DNA from: an uncultured Acidobacteriota bacterium
Lineage (GTDB): Bacteria; Acidobacteriota; Thermoanaerobaculia; UBA5066; Gp7-AA6
NCBI GenBank assembly: GCA_963782815.1
Contig: CAWALG010000041.1
Coordinates: forward strand, 11,127 to 75,126
DNA: 64,000 nucleotides
Reading direction: 5' to 3'
Below are positions 57,681-64,000 of this stretch, in pieces. The first letter of the stretch is position 1, and every line of letters begins with the position of its first letter. The notes beneath the pieces are model-generated. The model saw only the letters and a list, made by a program, of their open reading frames with translations. It had not been told where the DNA came from and searched no databases. The translations under genes were made by a program, and so were the position numbers.

Positions 57681-58830
57681 GCCGCCGCCTCCCGGGCGGG
57701 GGACGCAGGTCCCGCCGCTCGATGACCGCCGCGAGGAAGTTCCCGCCGGCTCCGAAGGAATCGACGAGCGCGCGGCGCGGCGCCGGCCGGCGCTCCGAGC
57801 CGCCGGCATCGGCGACGGCCCGGCAGGCCGCCACGATCTGGCCGCCGCCGGCGGCGGCCATCTCGCCGATGGCGTCCTTGACGGAGACGGCTCGCGGCGG
57901 GGTGCCGAACACCGCGCGCAGGACCTCCTCTTCCGCGCGGTCCATCTCGGTCACGCCGTTGCGCGACGGGAGGAGGAGATCGATCTGCCCGGGAGCGAGG
58001 CCGGCGTCGTCCAGGGCCTCGCGAACGCACCGTTCGATCGCGCCGCGGTCCGGATTGAAGCGATAGGGCTCGGTGGGGGCGCCCGCCATCGAGAGGCCGG
58101 TCACGCGGGCGAGCGGCCTCGCCCCGCGCTGCCGGACGTTCTCCTCCGTCTCCAGCAGGACCGCGAATCCGCCCTCTCCCTGCACGATCCCGGAGGCCCT
58201 CTTCTCCCCGCGCAGCGCTCCCACGCGGTCGAAGCCCATCGCGTAGACGGCGTTCCACTCGTCCACGCCGCCGGCGAGCATCGCCCGCGCGCGGCCCGAG
58301 CGCAGGGCGAGAGACGAGAAGAGAAGAGCGTTCAATGCCGATGGGTCCTTCTGCGTGATGGTGACATTGGGCCCGAGCAGTTTCAACTCGATCGAGACCT
58401 GCGAGGCCGGAGCGTTGGCGACGGTGTTGGGGAAATGAAAGGGAGGAGCGGCTTCCGGAGACTCGGACAGCAGCACCCGCAGGAACTCGGTCAGCGCGCC
58501 GGCGCCCGCGGATCCGGTGCCGAGCGCGATCCCGACCTGCTCGGGCGCGCTCGCGACGTCGTAGCCGGCCTCGGCGATCGCCTGCGCGCAGGCGATGATC
58601 GCGAACTGGCTTCCGCGGTCGAACCGGCGGGCCTTCATCGCGGGGATCTCCGGCTGCGGCGTGAAACCGTCGCAGCGGGCCACGTGGGTCGCCTGGAGCC
58701 CGTCGCGCTCGTCGAGCGTCATCGGGCGGATCGCGGTCTCGCCCGCGAACAGCCGCCGCGCGAAGTCCGGCGCCGTGCGTCCCAGTGGGCACACCGCCCC
58801 GGTGCCGGTGACGAAGCCGTGGAAGGCCAT
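57677..58830 (-). CDS. beta-ketoacyl synthase-like protein lacking the active-site Cys (CLF-like), C-terminal frameshift
   Basis: ORF 57229..58830: MAFHGFVTGTGAVCPLG… It has TITQKDPSALNAL where the neighbouring FabF has TITTACSSSANAL. Ends …DSFGAGGNFLAAVIER. Confidence 0.78.
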
Positions 58831-58845
58831 TCTTGAGGTCAGGAC

Positions 58846-58942
58846 CGGGAGACGGAAGGCGGGAGACGAGAGACGAGGGGAAAGGCCCGCGGCGCTGTCT
58901 GCGGCGTCATCGTCTGCCGTCTACCTTCTACCGTCTGCCGGT
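58846..58942. repeat. word-hairpin, GGAGACG family
   Basis: GGGAGACGGAAGGCGGGAGACGAGAGACGAGGGG … CTGTCTGCGGCGTCATCGTCTGCCGTCTACCTTCTACCGTCTGCC, between the two KS genes. Confidence 0.6.
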
Positions 58943-60157
58943 TCACGCGACCCGCCCAAAGACGACGACCGAGCTGTTTCCGCCGAAGGCGAACGAGTTG
59001 GAGATCGCGACGTCGACGCGCGATTCCCGCGAGGCGTTGGGAACGTAGTCGAGGTCGCAGGCCGGATCGGCGTTCTCGTAGTGGATCGTCGGCGGAACGA
59101 GCTGGTCGCGCAGCGTCAGCACCGTCGCGACCGCCTCGATCGCCCCGGAGGCGCAGAGGCAGTGTCCGATCATGGACTTGATGGAGGAGACGGGAATCTG
59201 CCGCGCGCGCTCTCCCAGGGCGGCCTTCAACGCCGCGGTCTCGGCCGAGTCGTTCTGAGGCGTGGCCGTTCCGTGGGCGTTGACGTAGTCCACGTCCTCC
59301 GCGTTGACGCCGGCGGACGCGAGCGCGGCGCGAATCGTCCGGCCTCCGGCGGTCCCGGAGGGATCGGGAGCGGTCATGTGGAAGGCGTCGGACGTCACCC
59401 CGTAGCCCAGGAACTCCGCGAGGATCGGCGCGCCCCGACGGCGGGCCCGCCCGGCCTCCTCGAAGACGAGGATACCCGCCGCTTCTCCGATGGAGAGCCC
59501 CTTGCGCTCCCGGTCGAAGGGGCGGCACGGGCCGGGATCCACCGAGCGGAGCGAATTGAACCCCCCGTAGGTCAGCCTGGCGAGCACGTCGGAGCCCCCT
59601 GTCAGGACGACGTCCGCCCACCCCGCCGCGATGACGTCGTGCGCGTATCCCAGGGCGTTGGCCGACGAGGAGCAGGCCGTCGTGATCGTGGACTTGATCC
59701 CCTGGAGCCCGAAATGCTGCGCCACGCGGTCCGTGATCGCGTCGGGCATGTGGTTCAAGACCTGCGAGGGGCGCGCCGGCTCGCCGCGCAGGTGGCGGCG
59801 GAAGAAGTCCTCGGAGTCGAGGAGTCCCGAGGTCCCGCCTCCGAGGATGACCCCCACGCGCGTCGGGTCCTCCCGGGCGAGGTCGAGGCCCGACTGGGCG
59901 ACGGCCTCCGACGCGGCGCACAGGCCCATCCGGTCCGCGCGCGAAAGGCGCCGCTTCTCCCGCGCGGTCAGGAACGCGTCGGGAATCCGCGGGACCTCCG
60001 CCGCCGTCTGCGTCCGGTAGGCCGAGGCGTCGAAGAGCGAGACCGGCCCGATGCCGCATGTGCCGGCGAGCAGGTTCTCCCAGAACTCCGGGGCGCTCGC
60101 TCCGATGGAGGTGACGGCGCCGATGCCGGTCACCACGACCTGACGCTCCTTGCTCAT
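58943..60157 (-). CDS. fabF: beta-ketoacyl-ACP synthase II
   Basis: ORF 58943..60157. MSKERQVVVTGIGAVTSIG…TACSSSANALG…VNAHGTATPQND…SSIKSMIGHCL…SNSFAFGGNSSVVVF. Confidence 0.92.
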   Translation of the reverse strand: MSKERQVVVTGIGAVTSIGASAPEFWENLLAGTCGIGPVSLFDASAYRTQTAAEVPRIPDAFLTAREKRRLSRADRMGLCAASEAVAQSGLDLAREDPTRVGVILGGGTSGLLDSEDFFRRHLRGEPARPSQVLNHMPDAITDRVAQHFGLQGIKSTITTACSSSANALGYAHDVIAAGWADVVLTGGSDVLARLTYGGFNSLRSVDPGPCRPFDRERKGLSIGEAAGILVFEEAGRARRRGAPILAEFLGYGVTSDAFHMTAPDPSGTAGGRTIRAALASAGVNAEDVDYVNAHGTATPQNDSAETAALKAALGERARQIPVSSIKSMIGHCLCASGAIEAVATVLTLRDQLVPPTIHYENADPACDLDYVPNASRESRVDVAISNSFAFGGNSSVVVFGRVA

Positions 60158-60184
60158 GAAGCCGACATTCTGACATACGAGAAT

Positions 60185-60261
60185 CGTTAGGCGTTAGGCG
60201 TAAGGCGTCAGGCGGAGCGCGACAAGGAGCTTCGTCTCACGCCTCACGCCTCACGCCTCAC
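60185..60261. repeat. word-hairpin, GGCGTNAG family
   Basis: GTTAGGCGTTAGGCGTAAGGCGTCAGGCGG … TCTCACGCCTCACGCCTCACGCCTCACGGC. Confidence 0.75.
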
Positions 60262-60284
60262 GGCTCTGGGGCATAATCCGGGCG

Positions 60285-60760
60285 ATGCCCGACAGGGTGG
60301 ACTGGCACACGTACTTCATGAACATCGCGCGGCAGGTGGCGACGCGAGCGACGTGTCCGCGCAAGCACGTCGGCGCGGTCATTGCCCGCGACCGGACGAT
60401 CCTCTCGACCGGTTACAACGGATCCGCGCGGGGACTCCCGCACTGCGAGGACGTGGGGTGCGTCATCGAGGACGGGCACTGCGTTTCGGCCGTGCACGCG
60501 GAGGCCAACGCGATCATCCAGGCCGCGCGCAACGGCGTCTCCGTCGCGGGGGCGGAGCTCTACACGACGGCGAGCCCCTGCTGGCCCTGTTTCAAGCTGA
60601 TCGCCAACGCGGGAATCTCCCGCGTCTACTACGGCGAGTTCTACCGGGACGAGAAATCCCTGGCCGTGGCGCGCCAGGCCGGCATCGAGCTGATCGACCT
60701 GGGAAAGTCAGAGACCGGGAGGCCCCCGCCCGTCATCGGAGCGAAGCGCGAGTCTACGGC
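60285..60760 (+). CDS. dCMP deaminase (ComEB-like), 3' end uncertain
   Basis: ORF 60285..61304. MPDRVDWHTYFMNIARQVATRATCPRKHVGAVIA…VHAEANAI…TASPCWPCFKLI… Past about aa 150 the ORF runs antisense into the next gene with no stop. Confidence 0.82.
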
Positions 60761-60832
60761 GCTTCGGAAGCGCGAGAGCACGTCGCTCAGGATGACAGGA
60801 TGTCGTGCCTGCGGGATTTGCGATTCCGCGCT

Positions 60833-61516
60833 CTACGCCTTCTGCTGCTCGAGCAGTTCCAGGCACTCTTCCAGGTGCGCGCGCGGGCCGGCCGTTATGC
60901 GGAAGAACCGGCAGCCGAGGCCGCGGTCGGGCTCCGCTCCCATCCGGACGACGAGGGCTTCCGCCACGACGGTGCGGCCGGTCGCCTCTCCGGGGACGTC
61001 GAAGGAGACTTCGAGCCGGGCTCCGACCGGCTGGCGCACCGCCGTGAGGATGAAGAACCCGCCACGCGACAGGTCGCGGAGCGTGCCGCCGTGCTGCACG
61101 CCGTCGCGCCAGAAGGTCACGGGCCATCCGGCGGCCGCGCGCTCGTCGTCGCGCGGGAAGAGGCGCAGGTGCCTGCGGATGCTGTCGAAGATCGCCGCCT
61201 CGTCGAAGGGTTTCGCGAGACACTCGTCCGCGCCCGCGCGCCGGGCATCCTCGGCCGCGTCGGGACTGTCCGAGAGGATGACGACCGGCGTGCGGGAGAA
61301 ATGAGAGTCCGCCTTGATCACGCGACAGATGTCGAACCCGGTCATTCCCTTCAGTTCCGCGTCGAGGAAGACCAGATCGGGCCGCTCCCGCCGGACGGCT
61401 CCGAGCGCGTCGCCGCCGCTGCCGGCCGAGAAGAGGTGACAGTGGGTGCGTCGCTCGATTTTCTCGGCGATTCCCCGGAACAGTCCGGAATCGTCAACCA
61501 GGAGGATCGATGGCAT
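60833..61516 (-). CDS. response regulator receiver + PilZ-like domain
   Basis: From ATG 61516: MPSILLVDDSGLFRG…DLVFLDAELKGMTGF…LAKPF…GTLRDLSRGGFFI…. Confidence 0.82.
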   Translation of the reverse strand: MPSILLVDDSGLFRGIAEKIERRTHCHLFSAGSGGDALGAVRRERPDLVFLDAELKGMTGFDICRVIKADSHFSRTPVVILSDSPDAAEDARRAGADECLAKPFDEAAIFDSIRRHLRLFPRDDERAAAGWPVTFWRDGVQHGGTLRDLSRGGFFILTAVRQPVGARLEVSFDVPGEATGRTVVAEALVVRMGAEPDRGLGCRFFRITAGPRAHLEECLELLEQQKA

Positions 61517-61547
61517 CGGGTGAACAAGGATTATACGGGCCTTTGCT

Positions 61548-61583
61548 CCCTCTCCCCCCGGGAGAGGGCCGGGGTGAGGGCGC
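61548..61583. repeat. CCCTCTCCCCCCGGGAGAGGG...GGGGTGAGGGCGC hairpin element, copy 4 (inverted orientation)
   Basis: Read directly. It lies 13 nt after the SDR gene stop. Confidence 0.8.
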
Positions 61584-61595
61584 CGCCGGCGCGAC

Positions 61596-62312
61596 CTACC
61601 TCCTGGGTCGCAGGATGACCTCGCCATGCAGCACGTTCGGAGGCGACGTCAGGACATGCATCAGGGAGCGCGTGGAGTCCTCGACCCGGAGCATGCGCGG
61701 CCGCTCGAGCGTCGGCCGGAACCGGTCGAAAAAGGCCGTGTCGGTGGAGCCGGAGCAGAGGGTGGTCACGCGGACCCCCGAGGGCTGGACCTCCAGGGCG
61801 AGCGCCCTGGAGAACGCCACCAGGCCCGCCTTCGCGGCGCAATAGACCGTCCCCTCCGGGAAGCTCTCCACCCCAGCGATCGACGCGATGTTCACGATGT
61901 CCGAGGGGGCGCTCCGCAGAAGCGCGGGCAGGGCCGCCTGGGTCAGGTAGATGGCGGCGGCGAGGTCGGTCTCGATCATCTCGGCGATCTCCCCCCGTTT
62001 CAGGTCCGCCAACGGCGCCCTGTAGCCGAGGCCCGCGTTGTTGATGAGGATGTCGATCTTCTTGAACCGCGCGAGCGCGACGTCCACGAGATCGTAGAGC
62101 GCCGGCACGACCCGCACATCCGCCACGTGATAGGCGGCGTCCCCGCCCGATTTCACGATCTCCTGGACCGCCTCGTGCAGCTCCGCTTCCCGACGCGCGA
62201 CGAGCAGGACGCTCGCCCCCGCCTTCGCGAGCGCCAGCGAGAAGGCGCGCCCCTGGCCGGAGGAAGCGCCCGTTACCAGCGCCACCTTTCCCTTGAGTGA
62301 TTGCTCTCGCAT
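61596..62312 (-). CDS. SDR family oxidoreductase
   Basis: ORF 61596..62312. …VALVTGASSGQG…NNAG…YCAAKAG…. Confidence 0.92.
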   Translation of the reverse strand: MREQSLKGKVALVTGASSGQGRAFSLALAKAGASVLLVARREAELHEAVQEIVKSGGDAAYHVADVRVVPALYDLVDVALARFKKIDILINNAGLGYRAPLADLKRGEIAEMIETDLAAAIYLTQAALPALLRSAPSDIVNIASIAGVESFPEGTVYCAAKAGLVAFSRALALEVQPSGVRVTTLCSGSTDTAFFDRFRPTLERPRMLRVEDSTRSLMHVLTSPPNVLHGEVILRPRR

Positions 62313-62318
62313 GGTTGT

Positions 62319-62403
62319 AAGAGTCTAAGGTCTAAGGTCTAAAGTCTAAGGTCCCGGGGCCCTCATCCGGACCTTAGACCTTAGACATTAGACCTTAGAC
62401 TTC
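62319..62403. repeat. word-hairpin, GGTCTAAG family (4 words per arm)
   Basis: AAGAGTCTAAGGTCTAAGGTCTAAAGTCTAAGGTCC-cggggccctcatcc-GGACCTTAGACCTTAGACATTAGACCTTAGACTTCT. Confidence 0.85.
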
Positions 62404-62410
62404 TCCTCGC

Positions 62411-63479
62411 ATGGACACGATCACGCACGGCATCGCCGGAGCGGTGTTGACGCGAACGCTGTCGGAGCGTCCCGCCCGGCGGGCCCTGCTGGCGGGGGTC
62501 GTCGCGGGGATGTTCCCGGACTGCGACTTCCTGTTCACTGCCGGACCGCCTGAGCTACCTGCGAAACCACCGGGGGTGGACGCACTCCTTCGTCGCGATG
62601 CCTCTCTTCGCCCTGGCTCTGGCTCTGATCGGCCGGCTCGTCTTCCGGCGGGCGCGCCTGCCGGAGCTCTGGATCTTCTGCGCCGTCGGGATCACCAGCC
62701 ACATCCTGCTCGACTGGATCACGTCCTTCGGCACGATGTTTTTCGTCCCGATCTCGCGGGCGCGCTTCTCGCTCGACTGGGTCTTCATCCTGGACCCGTT
62801 CCTGACCGGCCTCGCGGCGATCTCGCTCGGCGCCGCGATCTTCTGGCGGCGGGGAGGCCGGAAGATCGCGGCGGCGGGCAGCCTGCTGCTCTGCGCCTAC
62901 CTGGCCTTTTGCGCGGTGCAGCATCGGAGGGCCCTGGCCGTCTGGCGTCGGATCGACGGTCCGACCTCCGGCGAACGCATCGCCGTCCTTCCCCAGTTTC
63001 TCTCTCCGTTTCGCTGGCTCGGCCTGAGTGATCACGCCGGAGAGGTGCGCGCGGCGTTCTTCGACATCGGCCCCTTCGCCCGCGGCGTCCCGAATCCGCG
63101 TCCGCCGGAGCGCTACTCCGAGATTCTCTCGAGCCTCTCGGACTTCTATCCTCCTCCGCAACGGGCGGTGGTTCTCCGATTCGTGAAGCCGGCGGAGAGC
63201 CGGCTCCTCGCCGCGGCGCGGGCGCTTCCGGACGTCCAGACCTACCTCGCCTTCGCGCGCTTCCCGCTGGCGACGGTGGACTCGCAGCCCGACGGCGCCG
63301 CCGCCATCACCTGGGAGGACCTCCGGTTTCTCCCCTGGTTCTCGGGACCCTGGCAGAGGGACGGCAAGAACGGCCTTCGGAGGCAGCCGTTCCTCTATCG
63401 CGTGCGCCTGGACGCCTCCGGCCGGGTCCTCGACCGCGCCTTTGTCCCGTCCTCCCGATTCGGCCACCAGGCCGATTGA
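62411..63479 (+). CDS. membrane-bound metal-dependent hydrolase (DUF457/YdjM-like), frameshift near 62540
   Basis: ORF 62411.. (MDTITHGIAGAVLTRTL…GMFPDCDFLF) continues in ORF 62598..63479 (…GITSHILLDWITSFGTMFFVP…). Confidence 0.75.
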
Positions 63480-63498
63480 CTCCGTCGTCTCACGCGCC

Positions 63499-63714
63499 GT
63501 AGGGGAGGCGCTTGCGCCTCCCGCCTCTGCTCGTAACGTCACCGCGTGCGAGACGGGCCAGCCTCTTCGTGACGCTACTCGCGCAAATGAGCGTTGCCCC
63601 TGTCTTGTAGGAGTGGGTTTGCTAGTTAGCCGCGACGGTAATTCGGCATGTCTGTGGCGGTCTCGACGATGAGACTCATGCGGAAGGGGCGGGAGGGGCA
63701 AGCCCCTCCCCTAC
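63499..63714. repeat. pair of inverted REP-like hairpins (GTAGGGGAGGSGCTTGCSCCTCCCGCC) flanking about 160 nt: MITE/BIME-like unit
   Basis: Copies at 63499-63529 (+) and 63688-63714 (-). The inner segment contains a related motif, TGTAGGAGTGGGTTTGCTAGTTAGCCGCGAC. Confidence 0.6.
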
Positions 63715-63760
63715 AGCACGCTGAGACGGGCAGGATCAGCACCGATCGAGGCGCGGCCCG

Positions 63761-64000
63761 TTAAGGGATCGTGGGACCGGAAGGGACCGCGTCGATGGAG
63801 TCCTGCGGCGGCGGGGCGGGGGCCGCGTAGGAGTACTCCGGCGACGGCGCGCGCGTCAGGGCCTCGGAGACCCCGGCGTAGTAGCCCACCTTGACGAGAA
63901 GGCGGACGAACACGAAGACCTGCTGCGTCAGGATGAGCGGCACGAGGGCGAAGCGGGCCTCTCCGCCGGCGGACGGATCGAGCCAGAGCCAGACGAAGTA
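63761..64000 (-). CDS. hypothetical membrane protein, C-terminal part (runs off window)
   Basis: ORF 63761..63943 extends upstream by hand to the window edge (…LWLDPSAGGEARFALVPLILTQQVFVFVRLLVKVGYYAGV…). Confidence 0.35.
   Translation of the reverse strand, partial: YFVWLWLDPSAGGEARFALVPLILTQQVFVFVRLLVKVGYYAGVSEALTRAPSPEYSYAAPAPPPQDSIDAVPSGPTIP

Overview
High-GC bacterial chromosomal window. The gene content suggests an Acidobacteriota-like organism, but this is a weak inference. Most of it is ordinary operons: gcvT-H-PA-PB, DAHP synthase, two ADP-forming acyl-CoA synthetase paralogs, enoyl-CoA hydratase, aldehyde dehydrogenase, three tandem U32 genes, LemA-HtpX, SMC, FabF. Four accessory regions stand out. 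(1) At 28.8-37.4 kb, a secreted HlyD adaptor, a sensor-less histidine kinase and a sigma54 regulator precede a near-consensus sigma54 promoter and a 177-aa ORF made of 14 tandem 9-aa units. This ORF converges on STAS -> 3xGAF-HlyD -> PqqD-like-M50 protease-HlyD. No ABC, RND, MFS or TolC component is present. This is my best candidate for an undescribed peptide processing/export system. (2) At 37.9-42.6 kb, an SCPU (Csu-type) chaperone-usher pilus operon with a sigma54-like promoter. (3) At 43.07-50.93 kb, a 7.8-kb island in tRNA-Thr(CGT), bounded by a 51-nt direct repeat. It carries an integrase, an excisionase, a DUF3631 gene and a cytoplasmic trypsin-like protease. (4) At 56.1-60.2 kb, a mini-exosortase coupled to a KS / Cys-less KS / thioesterase set. 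Intergenic regions hold several hairpin-repeat families, including arms built from tandem 8-nt words. About 30 or more genes show single-nucleotide frame breaks. I read these as probable assembly indels rather than biology, so many gene ends are approximate. All homology calls come from reading the translations; no searches were run.
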